This document shows, piece by piece, positions 1 to 9,831 of a stretch of 64,000 nucleotides of DNA; the stretch's first letter is position 1; each line of letters begins with the position of its first letter. The notes beneath the pieces were generated by a model. It made no database searches and was not told the origin of the DNA. It saw nothing but the letters and a program-made list of their open reading frames with translations. The DNA comes from Candidatus Amesbacteria bacterium GW2011_GWB1_47_19 (GTDB lineage Bacteria > Patescibacteriota > Microgenomatia > CAZETR01 > Amesbacteraceae): assembly GCA_001002325.1 (NCBI GenBank), contig LCNZ01000001.1, positions 3,773-67,772 on the forward strand. The letters run 5' to 3'. Both the position numbers and the translations under genes were made by a program.

Positions 1-150
1 GTTGTCTTTTTTATGAATCTTGAGATGTTCCGCCAATTTGGTGATTTTTTCCGTTAAAAGAGCCGTCTGGACTTCGGGCGAACCGGTATCCCCTTTACCC
101 TGACCGAACTTTTTAATGATGTCCTGTTTGGCGGTAGTATCGAGAGCCAT
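1..150 (-). CDS. rpsO: 30S ribosomal protein S15, N-terminal part; the gene continues beyond the window start
   Basis: Reverse-strand translation from ATG at 150 reads [50 protein letters not shown], which matches the S15 N-terminus. It is too short for the supplied ORF track. Confidence 0.8.
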   Translation of the reverse strand, partial: MALDTTAKQDIIKKFGQGKGDTGSPEVQTALLTEKITKLAEHLKIHKKDN

Positions 151-228
151 AAAAATATTCAGAGATACGGCGAAAGTAAGAAACAGAAACCGCTCAAACT
201 TTCGTTAATTTCTCTGTTTAGTTAGGCT

Positions 229-257
229 ATTTTAGCAAAACTCTATTCCTTTGTCCA
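229..257 (-). promoter_or_regulatory. Putative rpsO promoter: TGGACA-N17-TAAAAT with an extended -10 TG
   Basis: The minus strand reads tggaca aaggaatagagttttgc taaaat about 75 nt upstream of the rpsO ATG. Confidence 0.35.
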
Positions 258-276
258 GAATTACGGGTTAAGTATA

Positions 277-531
277 TTACTGTCGTCCTAATGCTTTGAT
301 AGTTTCACGTCTGATGACAATCGTCGCTCCTATTATTGCCCCTACGGCTGCAGGTGTTGCGAATTCTCGGGATATGGCGTATGCAACCCCGGTTATTAAG
401 GCTATTGAAAGTAGGGCGTATGGCAATCCATGTTTTAACTCTTGTTCTATAATCTGTCTTTTAGAAAGGTTAGATTCACCGGTAGTGATGGGGTTTTTAC
501 CTCCGGTATTGTTGTCGAGTTTTTCAGACAT
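277..531 (-). CDS. Small hypothetical membrane protein (84 aa, two hydrophobic helices)
   Basis: This ORF sits between the DHH-like gene and rpsO on the same strand. Two hydrophobic stretches fall in the C-terminal half, and I recognise no family. Confidence 0.3.
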   Translation of the reverse strand: MSEKLDNNTGGKNPITTGESNLSKRQIIEQELKHGLPYALLSIALITGVAYAISREFATPAAVGAIIGATIVIRRETIKALGRQ

Positions 532-536
532 ATTTA

Positions 537-1397
537 TTACGGCAGGATGGGGCCGGAATAGACCTTGGGTTCGTACCAGTCGGGCGGGGGTTCTTTGGAA
601 TCCGGTTTGTCAGACTTTACCGGGGACTGGGGAATGGATCCCGGCGGGAGATTGTCCGGACGGAATACCTGCTGGCGGCGGGCTCCCCGGCGCAGAAGGT
701 AGGCAGCAGATTCGAAAGTGGTTACGGTAACCTGTCCTGATTGGAAGTTTTGAGTGGCAGTTTCCATACCGGCCAACAAATTTGTCGCCGCGTCAGGCGG
801 CATCGATAATCCCAAGGCATCTATGATGTGGGTTACCAACTCACTGAGAGATGAGGTGTCGGGATCATAAAAATGATGGGGGGTAAAATTTTGCCGGGGT
901 AAGGAGTGGGTAAAGGCAACCGGCGGAGAAGCGGTAAAGGAATCCCTGACTTGGACCGAGAAAGATCCCAGAGAGTCAAGAGTATCGACCCCTACTAGCA
1001 GGTGTAGGTCAGGTTTACCGGCGGCTGCAATAAAACGCAGCTTACGATGGTCCAGGTGGGGGGCGTCAGGTTTGGGAGTGATTACCAGACGAAGTTCACC
1101 TTCTTCCAGGTTATAGCTGATTTTGTCCACATGGTCCGTCTGGTCGGCAAAACCGATAAGCAGGTCGCGGCTGCTCCAGGAGGAGGTGATGGTGTTTACT
1201 CCCACCAGGCGGTTAAACTCCACCGTCATCTGGTCCGGACATACAACCGTTGCCGAACGACCGACAGATTCCAGCACCAGCCTGAGAGCCAGACCGGAGG
1301 CAACAGTGTCGTAGTCCGGATTTTGCGGGAGAAGAATGCTAACTGAACGGGCAGATTCGAGCAAGCTCTTCAACTGAGTGGTGTCAGGATGAGCCAT
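537..1397 (-). CDS. DHH/DHHA1-family phosphoesterase-like protein (NrnA-like, divergent; GGGH motif not seen)
   Basis: ILLPQNPDYDTVASGLAL resembles NrnA motif I (H.NPDGDAlGS), and LLAGMETATQNF resembles the DHHA1 LyaGIvTDTgnF block. The C-terminal tail is proline-rich. It occupies the operon position usually held by rbfA/truB. Confidence 0.45.
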   Translation of the reverse strand: MAHPDTTQLKSLLESARSVSILLPQNPDYDTVASGLALRLVLESVGRSATVVCPDQMTVEFNRLVGVNTITSSWSSRDLLIGFADQTDHVDKISYNLEEGELRLVITPKPDAPHLDHRKLRFIAAAGKPDLHLLVGVDTLDSLGSFSVQVRDSFTASPPVAFTHSLPRQNFTPHHFYDPDTSSLSELVTHIIDALGLSMPPDAATNLLAGMETATQNFQSGQVTVTTFESAAYLLRRGARRQQVFRPDNLPPGSIPQSPVKSDKPDSKEPPPDWYEPKVYSGPILP

Positions 1398-2790
1398 GGG
1401 TGGCGATGGCTATTATATAATCGCCGGTTTTAAAGTCAATAAAGGGTGTCAGTAAGGCGCCGAATTCGGCTCCGGACTTAACGGATTGGATTTCGGTTTT
1501 GCCGCTTTTTAAGGACTTTATTTTAACTGTGCCTAAAACCTTTTCACTGCGAATGAGGCGGACCTGATCCGACTTGGAAATTATACCTTCCAGGCAACGG
1601 CAGCCCGCAATGCGATCGGAGTTAATTTTAAACTCGGCTACAATTTGGGCTTTACCAAGTACTTTTTCCTGAATCACCGGGTGAACAATTTTATCCAGAC
1701 TTTCCAGAAGTTCATAAATGAGATTGAAAGTTAAAATGTTGATTTTTTCGATTTCGGCCAATTTTTGGACAGACGCAGGGATTTTGACGTTGAAAGCTAT
1801 GATCCGGGATGCGGAAGAACGAGCCAGCATAACGTCACTTTCATTAACTTCCCCTGTCCCGGAAGAAATAACGGATATTTTCGGGTCCAGAGCTGCAAGG
1901 ATTGCCTCCAGAGACCCGGCAACGTCAGCTCTGAGAATGATATTCAGATCCGCATTAGTGTTGATTGTATTTGACGGAACAGGAATTGCGGTAGTGAGTG
2001 AGACAGCAGGAACAGAGGCAATAATAGAACCAACCGGGGGAACCGCTGATAAACCGAGTATTTCCACGGGAGTGGAGGGCAAAGCTTGGGACATGGGTTT
2101 ACCGTCGGTACCGGTCAGAGATTTGGCCTTACCTATGGGTCCAGACTGAAAAAGATTTTGCCCAATGTGAAGGGTCCCCTCTTTGATCAGCACCGTAGCC
2201 AATGGTCCCCGACGGGAATCCATGCGGCTCTCCAACACAAAAGCTTCAAGCTGTCCATCGGGATCAGCGACGGGAGGATTGAGACTGGATAATAGATGGA
2301 TCATTTCCAGGAGGTCTTTGATACCAGCTCCGGTTTTGGCAGAGATAACTACCGACGGGATCTGGCCGCCGAAATCTTCAACCAGGACCTGGGCTTCAGT
2401 CAGTTGGGTTTTGACTTTGTCGGGATCAGCGGTGGGTAAATCAGACTTGGTGATGGCAACAAGATACGGGGTGGAGGCCTGATGTATGAGTTTGACGGAT
2501 TCGACTGTCTGGGGCATGACTCCGTCGTCTGCTGCCACAATCAGAATAGCTAAATCAGCCACCAAATTTCCACGGGAGCGCATCCGGGTAAAAGCGGCAT
2601 GCCCAGGGGTGTCGATAAATGTTATTGTCCCGTGATCGGGGGTATGTAACTGAAATGAACGGGTAGTCTGAGTAATTCCGCCTGTTTCACGGGAAGCAAT
2701 GTCCGTCCGGCGGAGATGGTCTAAGAGGGTGGTTTTGCCATGATCAACATGACCGAGAACGACGACGATGGGGGGACGAGGTTGAATCAT
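1384..2790 (-). CDS. infB: Translation initiation factor IF-2, short form starting at the G domain
   Basis: The N-terminus [17 protein letters not shown] is a P-loop, followed by DTPGH. It lies downstream of nusA. Confidence 0.9.
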   Translation of the reverse strand: MIQPRPPIVVVLGHVDHGKTTLLDHLRRTDIASRETGGITQTTRSFQLHTPDHGTITFIDTPGHAAFTRMRSRGNLVADLAILIVAADDGVMPQTVESVKLIHQASTPYLVAITKSDLPTADPDKVKTQLTEAQVLVEDFGGQIPSVVISAKTGAGIKDLLEMIHLLSSLNPPVADPDGQLEAFVLESRMDSRRGPLATVLIKEGTLHIGQNLFQSGPIGKAKSLTGTDGKPMSQALPSTPVEILGLSAVPPVGSIIASVPAVSLTTAIPVPSNTINTNADLNIILRADVAGSLEAILAALDPKISVISSGTGEVNESDVMLARSSASRIIAFNVKIPASVQKLAEIEKINILTFNLIYELLESLDKIVHPVIQEKVLGKAQIVAEFKINSDRIAGCRCLEGIISKSDQVRLIRSEKVLGTVKIKSLKSGKTEIQSVKSGAEFGALLTPFIDFKTGDYIIAIATHGSS

Positions 2791-2869
2791 GATATTAATT
2801 TCTAAACAGTTTCGATGCCCGAAATTACAAATCCCAAACCTGGTTTCTGATATGCGATTTCTGATTCAT

Positions 2870-3973
2870 TTAGGTTTGCGGTTTGTTATTGGCGGGGTCA
2901 CCGGGAACATCCTGGACGGATATTGCTTCTTTTTTCTCGGATGTGCCTTTTTTCTCCGGTACACCTTCGATATCGATGTGCAATCCGGCGAGTTTACCGG
3001 CCAGCTTGGCATTTTGACCGTCACGACCGATAGCCAGGGGCAGCTGGTCGGGCGGCGCTTGGACTAGAGCGGTCTGAGTTTTGGGATCTATTTTGACTTT
3101 GAGGTCGGTAGCCGGGGAAAGTGCTGCTATAACGAATTTGTCGGGGTCTTCACTAAACTGGACGATGTCGATTTTTTCTCCATTCAGCTCGCTGATGACA
3201 GCCTGGACACGGACGCCCTTCTGGCCAACACACGAACCGACCGGATCCACGCCCGACTGATGTGAGTAAACTGCAATTTTTGTGCGCGATCCGGGATCCC
3301 GGGCAACAGCTTTTATTTCCACCGCGCCCGATGCGACCTCGGGAACTTCCCGACGGAAGAGTTCCCGAATAAGCCCGACATCAGCGCGGGAGACGACAAC
3401 TTCTTTGCCCCGCAGGCCATCCCGAATACCCTGGAGATAGAAAGTAAGTCGTTGGTTGAGACGATAATCCTCGGAGTGTACTTGTTCGGAGGGGGGCATG
3501 ACGGCTTCCGCTTTACCGATATCCACAATAATGTCGCTGCCCACAAAACGGATGATCATACCGTTAACCAGGGTCTGGAGACGTTTTTCGTACTCGGCGA
3601 CAATGACGGATTTTTCTGCTTCCCGGATTTTCTGGATAATAACCTGTTTGGCGGTCTGGGCTGCAATACGGCCGAATCCGGGAGGAGTGATATCGGTACG
3701 GGCGGCTCCTTTTTTCGCCCGGACCAGAGTCTGCTCTTCCTCCTGATATGTTTCACCCTGGGTCCCGAATATCCGGGCTTCACCGGTACCGGCGTCGAGT
3801 TCCACTTCATAGAGATGATCGTCTTTATAACTTTCGGGGTGGTCTTTTTTGAAGGCTGCCAGAATAGCGTGGCGGATGCTATCGATAACAATCTGGGGAT
3901 CGAGGTTACGTTCGTGAGCCACCTGATTCAAAGCGGCGGCAAATTCGGATCGGGATACGGGTTTTTGGTGCAT
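2870..3973 (-). CDS. nusA: Transcription termination/antitermination factor NusA (no C-terminal AR repeats)
   Basis: It has an N-terminal NusA domain followed by S1 and two KH-like segments (VKGVRVQAVISELNGEKIDIV). It is in a conserved nusA-infB arrangement. Confidence 0.9.
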   Translation of the reverse strand: MHQKPVSRSEFAAALNQVAHERNLDPQIVIDSIRHAILAAFKKDHPESYKDDHLYEVELDAGTGEARIFGTQGETYQEEEQTLVRAKKGAARTDITPPGFGRIAAQTAKQVIIQKIREAEKSVIVAEYEKRLQTLVNGMIIRFVGSDIIVDIGKAEAVMPPSEQVHSEDYRLNQRLTFYLQGIRDGLRGKEVVVSRADVGLIRELFRREVPEVASGAVEIKAVARDPGSRTKIAVYSHQSGVDPVGSCVGQKGVRVQAVISELNGEKIDIVQFSEDPDKFVIAALSPATDLKVKIDPKTQTALVQAPPDQLPLAIGRDGQNAKLAGKLAGLHIDIEGVPEKKGTSEKKEAISVQDVPGDPANNKPQT

Positions 3974-4044
3974 GAATTAGGTGATCAGGCTACAAAAAAG
4001 GCGGGCAAGTAACTTCCCACCTCTGTATTTGCTTAACCGAGGTG

Positions 4045-4053
4045 ATTATACCA
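4045..4053 (-). promoter_or_regulatory. Extended -10 element (TGgTATAAT) in the nusA 5' region
   Basis: The minus strand reads ttctggtataat about 72 nt upstream of the nusA ATG. No good -35 was seen. Confidence 0.3.
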
Positions 4054-4338
4054 GAAAATGCCCGAGAGCGCCTGGTATCACCCTGCCCCGATGGGAATCG
4101 GGGAACTCCTCTTAATTCAAGGGAGGAATCAGAGGGGTAATATTGGTTAAAAAAATTCGGTACATTTGACTATGTACTATAATCCCGGTTATGGAAAGAG
4201 GAACTACGACGATTGTGGAGGATGGAGAAAATAAAGTGAAAAGAACAAATAGTTGGAAACAGTTAATATTTCCTGAGTGGAAAGAATTTATGGGAAGATG
4301 GCCAATTATTGCACATGGATGCAGAAATCGTCAAATTC

Positions 4339-5214
4339 TTACAGAGTATCCTCCAGTTCTTCCAGAAGCTCGCGCTGACGGCGGGAGAGATGTTCAGGAA
4401 AAGTGATTAATAAACGGATATACAAGTCGCCTTTGTCATCCTTGCGGAATGAGTGTAGTTTGGTAATCCCCTGGCCGGAAAGACGGATAGTAGTTCCCGG
4501 TTGGGTCCCGGGACGAATTTTGAGCTTGAACGGGCTATCCAGGGTCGGAACAGAGGTCTGGCCTCCGAGAATTGCCAGGGTGAAGGGGATGGAATGGTCT
4601 ATATAAATGTCAGCACCTTCGCGGCGGAAACGGGGGTCCGGTTCGACCTCGAAAGTGATGTCGAATTCCTTGAAACGAAGGTGGGTACCGGTATCGGCAC
4701 CGGGGGGAATTTTGATAGTGTGGGTTTTGCCGTCGATTGTAACTGATTCCGTCCCTCCTTTAACGGCCCGAGCGAAAGCGATACGCAGGGAATAATGAGG
4801 TTTGGACGGACCCCGGCGGCCGAAAGGCGAACTGCCGCCAAAGAATTGCTCGAAAATCTCAAACGGATCTGAAAAACCGCCGAAATTCGCCCCACCGAAA
4901 GGATTGTCACCGCCGGATGTATAGTAATAGGTAAAGGGGCCTTGGCGGGACCCGCCAAACGGACCGCCAGCTCCCCCGCCAGAAGCCGGATCGAAGGCGG
5001 CATGGCCGAATTGGTCATAAGCTGATTTTTTCTTGGTATCGGAGAGAACCTGATACGCTTCATTGATCTCTTTGAATTTGGTTTCGGCGTCGGAGGATTT
5101 ATTACGGTCAGGGTGCCACTGCATGGCCAGTTTGCGATAAGCACGTTTCAGATCAGCAGCAGATGCGGATTTGGGTACTCCCAGTATGTCGTAATAGTCA
5201 CGTTTGGCGGCCAT
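4339..5214 (-). CDS. DnaJ-family co-chaperone, CbpA-like (J domain plus G/F region, no CxxCxGxG zinc finger)
   Basis: [33 protein letters not shown] carries the HPD motif. A Gly/Phe-rich linker follows, then C-terminal beta-domains. The protein is 291 aa. Confidence 0.8.
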   Translation of the reverse strand: MAAKRDYYDILGVPKSASAADLKRAYRKLAMQWHPDRNKSSDAETKFKEINEAYQVLSDTKKKSAYDQFGHAAFDPASGGGAGGPFGGSRQGPFTYYYTSGGDNPFGGANFGGFSDPFEIFEQFFGGSSPFGRRGPSKPHYSLRIAFARAVKGGTESVTIDGKTHTIKIPPGADTGTHLRFKEFDITFEVEPDPRFRREGADIYIDHSIPFTLAILGGQTSVPTLDSPFKLKIRPGTQPGTTIRLSGQGITKLHSFRKDDKGDLYIRLLITFPEHLSRRQRELLEELEDTL

Positions 5215-5236
5215 TTCACTGGCAATTCTAACCTAT

Positions 5237-5245
5237 GAGTGCTAA
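5237..5245 (-). promoter_or_regulatory. CIRCE half-site (TTAGCACTC on the minus strand) about 28 nt upstream of the dnaJ-like start
   Basis: A perfect 9-mer of the HrcA operator consensus is present. Its partner arm at N9 is degenerate (5/9). An imperfect direct repeat gagtgctaa gagcgctac was noted. Confidence 0.3.
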
Positions 5246-5260
5246 GAGCGCTACTGGGGA

Positions 5261-5289
5261 TTGTGGCAATGAAGCAGGTTTGGTACAAT
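5261..5289 (+). promoter_or_regulatory. Putative fusA promoter TTGTGG-N17-TACAAT with extended -10 (TGgTACAAT)
   Basis: It lies 32 nt upstream of the fusA ATG. Confidence 0.35.
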
Positions 5290-5320
5290 CGGGGCGCGCT
5301 AGGCGTTATTTTTTTGACTT

Positions 5321-7462
5321 ATGGCAGCTGGAGATATCAAAACCAAAAACCGCGACGTGCCCATGGACAGGGTGCGGAATATCGGAGTTATTGCCCATAT
5401 CGACGCGGGTAAAACCACCACTACCGAACGGATTCTGTACTATACCGGCAAGTCATATAAGATCGGGGATATTGACGAGGGCACGACCCAGATGGACTGG
5501 ATGGAGCAGGAGCGGGAACGGGGTATCACGATCGTATCCGCGGCCACAACCACTTTCTGGACGGTAACCGATCCAAACTCTCCGGTGGGAAACGAGTCAT
5601 TCCGGGTAAATATCATTGATACCCCGGGGCACGTGGATTTTACGGCGGAGGTGGAAAGATCTTTGCGGGTTTTGGACGGGGCGGTAACTGTATTGGATGC
5701 AGAGGAAACAGTGCAGTCCCAGACCGAAACGGTGTGGCGGCAGGCGGATAAGTATAAGGTACCGCGGATAATTTTCGTGAATAAGAATGACAAACTGGGG
5801 GCAAACTTTGAAGGAACCGTGAAGGCGGTAATAGAGAGACTGGGAGCAAATCCGGCAGTCATGGCCTACCCGATCGGAGCAGAACAGTCTTTCAGGGGAG
5901 TGGTGCTACTTTTAGAACGTAAAGCACTGATCTGGCAAGGTGACGAGACGGGAGCGAAATATACCGAGGAAAAGATCCCGGACGAGGTAGAGGATAAAGT
6001 CGAGGTATGGCGGGCAAAGTTAATTGAGCAGATTTGTGAAACTGATGATACTTTATTGGAAAAATTTCTTGCTGGTGAAGAACCCAGCATTAAAGAACTG
6101 AAAACGGCCCTGCGGAAAGCGGTTATCGCATATAAACTGGTGCCTGTCTATGCGGGAGCAAGTTTAAGAAACAAGGGGGTACAACCAATGCTGGATGCGA
6201 TTGTGGAATATTTGCCCAGTCCGGCGGACATTGATCATGTCAAAGGAATAAATCCCAAAACCGGTGAGGAAGTAATCCGGAAAACGATCAATGAAGAGCC
6301 GTTTGCGGGGCTGGCATTCAAAATCCAAGCCGACCCGCATGTGGGGCGGCTGACATATCTGAGAATTTATTCCGGAACCCTGAAAGCCGGACAAACCCTC
6401 TACAATGCCAGTAAAGACAAGGAAGAGAGAATTTCACGGATGCTGTTAATGCACGCCAATAAAAGGGAGGAAATTGATCAGGCATTTGCCGGAGAAATCG
6501 TAGCTTTAGTCGGCTTGAGGGAAACCGCTACCGGAAATACTATGTGTGATAAAAGCTCCCCGATCGTATTGGAATCCATCACTTTTCCGGAACCGGTAAT
6601 ATCTCTGGCTATTGAGCCGAAAACCAAGTCAGACCAGGAAAAAATGGGGTATGCCCTGAGTAAACTGTCGGACGAGGATCCTACTTTCCGGATAAAGACC
6701 AATCATGAAACAGGACAGACGATTATTTCGGGAATGGGGGAACTGCATCTGGAGATTATTGTGGATCGGATGAAAAGGGAATTCAGGGTGGAGGCATCTA
6801 CCGGAGCGCCCCAGGTAGCTTACAAGGAAACGGTGAAAAAGACCGCCGAAGCGGAAGGTAAATATATCCGGCAGTCAGGCGGCCGTGGACAGTACGGACA
6901 CTGTCTGATAAGAATTGAGCCATTACCCAGAGGAACCGGTTTTGAATTTGTGGACGGTATCAAGGGCGGAGCTATACCTAACGAATTTATCCCGGCTGTG
7001 GAAAAAGGGATCAAAGACGCGATGGAAAACGGAGTTTTGGCCGGTTACCCGACCGTGGATACCCGGATAACCCTGTTTGACGGAACTTACCACGACGTCG
7101 ATTCTTCGGAAATGGCGTTTAAGATAGCCGGGTCGATGGCGTTTCAGCACGCCGCCAAGGCAGCCGATCCGATAATTCTGGAGCCGATTATGAAAGTGGA
7201 AGTGTCTACCCCGGATGAATTTATGGGGGATGTAATCGGAGACCTGTCGTCCAAGCGGGCGCAAATTCTGGGGACGGATAAAAGAGGACGTCTGACGATC
7301 ATCAATGCGTATGCACCGCTGGCGGAATTGTCAGGTTACGCGACCAAACTGAGATCGCTTTCTCAGGGGCGGGCGTCCTATTATATGGAGCCGTCGCATT
7401 ATGAAGAAGTGCCGAAAAATATTGCCGAAGGGATAATTGCCAAGTCCGGAAAAACAGCCTAA
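5321..7462 (+). CDS. fusA: Elongation factor G
   Basis: AHIDAGKTTTTERILYYTG, DTPGHVDF and NKMD/NKND are GTPase motifs. The 713 aa carry domains II to V. Confidence 0.95.
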   Translation: MAAGDIKTKNRDVPMDRVRNIGVIAHIDAGKTTTTERILYYTGKSYKIGDIDEGTTQMDWMEQERERGITIVSAATTTFWTVTDPNSPVGNESFRVNIIDTPGHVDFTAEVERSLRVLDGAVTVLDAEETVQSQTETVWRQADKYKVPRIIFVNKNDKLGANFEGTVKAVIERLGANPAVMAYPIGAEQSFRGVVLLLERKALIWQGDETGAKYTEEKIPDEVEDKVEVWRAKLIEQICETDDTLLEKFLAGEEPSIKELKTALRKAVIAYKLVPVYAGASLRNKGVQPMLDAIVEYLPSPADIDHVKGINPKTGEEVIRKTINEEPFAGLAFKIQADPHVGRLTYLRIYSGTLKAGQTLYNASKDKEERISRMLLMHANKREEIDQAFAGEIVALVGLRETATGNTMCDKSSPIVLESITFPEPVISLAIEPKTKSDQEKMGYALSKLSDEDPTFRIKTNHETGQTIISGMGELHLEIIVDRMKREFRVEASTGAPQVAYKETVKKTAEAEGKYIRQSGGRGQYGHCLIRIEPLPRGTGFEFVDGIKGGAIPNEFIPAVEKGIKDAMENGVLAGYPTVDTRITLFDGTYHDVDSSEMAFKIAGSMAFQHAAKAADPIILEPIMKVEVSTPDEFMGDVIGDLSSKRAQILGTDKRGRLTIINAYAPLAELSGYATKLRSLSQGRASYYMEPSHYEEVPKNIAEGIIAKSGKTA

Positions 7463-7716
7463 ATAAAAGGGAGAATTTTAACGGGGATCGAGATAGCGAT
7501 GGGTAAAAAAACCCTCACCGGAAAATTTGACCCCAACTGAGGTGACGACTGAAGCCAGAAAAGTAATAGTTGGCTGGACAGGTGAGTCAGGTGATAATTT
7601 ATGCCCTAGCCGAAATAGGGAATCTCGGAGGTTAAGGAATTGAAGAGCAATTTTTCCACGGGGGTTTTCTGTAAGTGAAGGCATAATATAATTATACTAG
7701 GCTGAATATATAGCTG

Positions 7717-7965
7717 TTAGGCGTAATGGGAGTTGATATCGATAATTTCGACGGTACTGGCGGACTTAAAGATAAAAATTACCCGATATTTTCTATCAAG
7801 GCGAAACGAGTAAATTTTGAATTCTTTGGGCTCCAAACGTTCGGTTTGTAATGAGGGATGGGCAGAATTGGCAATAAATAAATCGAGTTGCTTAGTAAAT
7901 TTTACGGCTAAACCCCTTTTTGTCAGATATTTTTGAAGCTTGGGCCGGAGAGGCTCACTCCGCAT
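7717..7965 (-). CDS. Type II toxin, RelE/ParE family
   Basis: The C-terminal block YSFRLDRKYRVIFIFKSASTVEIIDINSHY matches the RelE/ParE (Y)RiiY...v.Il.IgHR pattern. It overlaps the upstream antitoxin ORF by 11 nt. Confidence 0.65.
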   Translation of the reverse strand: MRSEPLRPKLQKYLTKRGLAVKFTKQLDLFIANSAHPSLQTERLEPKEFKIYSFRLDRKYRVIFIFKSASTVEIIDINSHYA

Positions 7966-8218
7966 AGACAGAGGACTCGGATAAACCCTGGATGAGACTA
8001 TTGATAAACTTCCGGTTATACTTCCCCGTTTTTTTCAGACCGGCCTTTATGTTATCTAAGGGTTGGGGTGAAAAAACCTCGAATTTGGTACCGGAAGCAA
8101 AATACTTACGTAAAAGAGCCCGGAAAAATTCCGAGCGGGTAGCATAACCCTGCTTACTTACTTCTTCATCGACCTGGCTGGCGATGCTTTGCGGTAAAGA
8201 TATGGTTAATGTGGCCAT
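7955..8218 (-). CDS. RHH-type (ParD/CopG-like) antitoxin; start taken at internal ATG 8218 (MATLTISLP)
   Basis: TLTISLPQSIASQVDEEVSKQGYATRSEFFRALLRKY is a ribbon-helix-helix pattern. Its stop overlaps the toxin start. A promoter lies immediately upstream. Confidence 0.55.
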   Translation of the reverse strand: MATLTISLPQSIASQVDEEVSKQGYATRSEFFRALLRKYFASGTKFEVFSPQPLDNIKAGLKKTGKYNRKFINSLIQGLSESSVYAE

Positions 8219-8224
8219 GGTGAA

Positions 8225-8254
8225 AATATAACATATATTCTTATTATTTGTCAA
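8225..8254 (-). promoter_or_regulatory. Promoter for the TA pair: TTGACA-N18-TATATT with extended TG; the -10 ends about 7 nt before the ATG (leaderless)
   Basis: The minus strand reads ttgacaaataataagaatataTGtTATATTttcaccATG. Confidence 0.4.
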
Positions 8255-8295
8255 TTATTAAGTAAATGTGTCGAAGAGTATTATCGAAGGTGTAA

Positions 8296-8547
8296 TTGCT
8301 TAGAATAGTAAAGGCAATAATATTTGACTGGGTGGGAACGCTTTTTGAGCGATTTAGGACTCCTTACTCTTTTTCCGAAGAAGTGTTAAGAGGATTGAAA
8401 CAAAGATATAAGTTAGGGCTGGTAACGCTAGCGGGGCAGGGCAGACAACAGTATCTGAGATGCATACGGGAGTTGGGGGTGACTCCCGCGGAAACCGGTG
8501 AACCAACCGCCAGAATCAAAAGTGTTCGCGACCTGCCGACTGTTTGA
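8296..8547 (+). pseudogene. Truncated HAD-superfamily hydrolase fragment (83 aa)
   Basis: AIIFDWVGTLF resembles HAD motif I (hhhDxDGTL) with the second Asp replaced. A motif II-like LGLVT follows. The ORF ends before motifs III/IV and runs straight into the tuf promoter. Confidence 0.35.
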
Positions 8548-8557
8548 AATTTCCCTC

Positions 8558-8586
8558 TTGCATGGGGTTAAATAATCCCTTACAAT
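8558..8586 (+). promoter_or_regulatory. Putative tuf promoter TTGCAT-N17-TACAAT
   Basis: It lies 49 nt upstream of the tuf ATG. Confidence 0.4.
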
Positions 8587-8634
8587 CCGGGGTAGTCTTT
8601 TTGTTAGGACTGGTTTTTTTCGTCTAAAAATATT

Positions 8635-9813
8635 ATGGCTACATTTGTCCGCTCAAAACCACACGTCAATATCGGAACGATTGGTCATGTCGATCACGGC
8701 AAGACTACTCTGACCTCGGCGATTACCATGGTGCTGGCCAAAAAGGGTTTGGCCCAGGCCAAGAAATATGAAGACATCGATTCGGCTCCGGAAGAGAAAG
8801 CCCGGGGAGTAACCATCAACCTGTCGCATCAGGAATATGAAACGGAAAAGAGACACTACGCCCACATAGATGCTCCCGGACACGCTGACTACATCAAGAA
8901 TATGATTACCGGGGCCGCCCAGATGGACGGAGCAATACTGGTAGTATCCGCTCCGGACGGTCCGATGCCCCAGACCCGGGAACACATTCTGCTGGCCAAT
9001 CAGGTTAACGTACCGGCGATTGTGGTGTTTATGAATAAAACGGATATGGTGGATGATCCGCAGCTTTTAGATCTGGTGGAAATGGAAGTCAGGGAGTTGC
9101 TTACCAAGTACGGTTATCCCGGAGATAAGGTACCAGTAATCCGCGGTTCAGCCCTAAAAGCTCAAGAAGGAGATGCGAAGGCTGAAGAAGCGATTATAGA
9201 GCTGATGAAACAAGTGGATGAATTTATCCCGACTCCGGTGCGGGAACTGGACAAGCCTTTCCTGATGCCGGTCGAGGATGTCTTTTCAATCAAAGGCCGG
9301 GGGACAGTGGTGACAGGGAGAATTGAGCGTGGAGTGGTAAAAGTGAATGAAACCGTGGAAATCGTGGGGGTCAAGCCCACCCAATCGACGGTGGTGACGG
9401 GAGTAGAAATGTTTCGTAAATCTTTGGATGAAGGCCAGGCCGGGGATAACGTGGGACTGCTGCTTAGGGGAATTGACAAGGACAAAGTGGAAAGGGGACA
9501 GGTAATTGCAAAACCCGGTTCCATTACCCCGCATACGGAGTTTGAGGCTGAGGTATACATACTGAAAAAGGAAGAGGGCGGAAGGCACACTTCGTTCTTT
9601 TCCGGCTACCGGCCCCAGTTTTATATCAAGACTACGGACATTACGGGTGAAGTGACCCTGCCGGCCGGAGTGGAAATGGTGATGCCCGGTGACAGTGCCA
9701 AGATGAATGTAAAACTGATCGTGCCTGTAGCTCTGGAAGATGGTTTGAGATTTGCTATTCGCGAAGGCGGGAAGACCGTCGGAGCTGGAGTAGTGACAAA
9801 AATCATCAGCTGA
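8635..9813 (+). CDS. tuf: Elongation factor Tu
   Basis: [19 protein letters not shown] and NKTD motifs are present. It is 392 aa. Confidence 0.95.
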   Translation: MATFVRSKPHVNIGTIGHVDHGKTTLTSAITMVLAKKGLAQAKKYEDIDSAPEEKARGVTINLSHQEYETEKRHYAHIDAPGHADYIKNMITGAAQMDGAILVVSAPDGPMPQTREHILLANQVNVPAIVVFMNKTDMVDDPQLLDLVEMEVRELLTKYGYPGDKVPVIRGSALKAQEGDAKAEEAIIELMKQVDEFIPTPVRELDKPFLMPVEDVFSIKGRGTVVTGRIERGVVKVNETVEIVGVKPTQSTVVTGVEMFRKSLDEGQAGDNVGLLLRGIDKDKVERGQVIAKPGSITPHTEFEAEVYILKKEEGGRHTSFFSGYRPQFYIKTTDITGEVTLPAGVEMVMPGDSAKMNVKLIVPVALEDGLRFAIREGGKTVGAGVVTKIIS

Positions 9814-9831
9814 GTGCTTTAGCACATTTAT

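Noticed and set aside
4086-4103. The hairpin ccccga tgggaa tcgggg as a dnaJ terminator.
   Set aside because: A 6-bp stem is present, but no U-tract follows on the minus strand. I left it unannotated.
4191-4406. A 71-aa plus-strand ORF in the dnaJ-nusA intergenic region.
   Set aside because: It overlaps the dnaJ-like C-terminus on the opposite strand and has no RBS or family. The region is better explained as the nusA promoter and leader.
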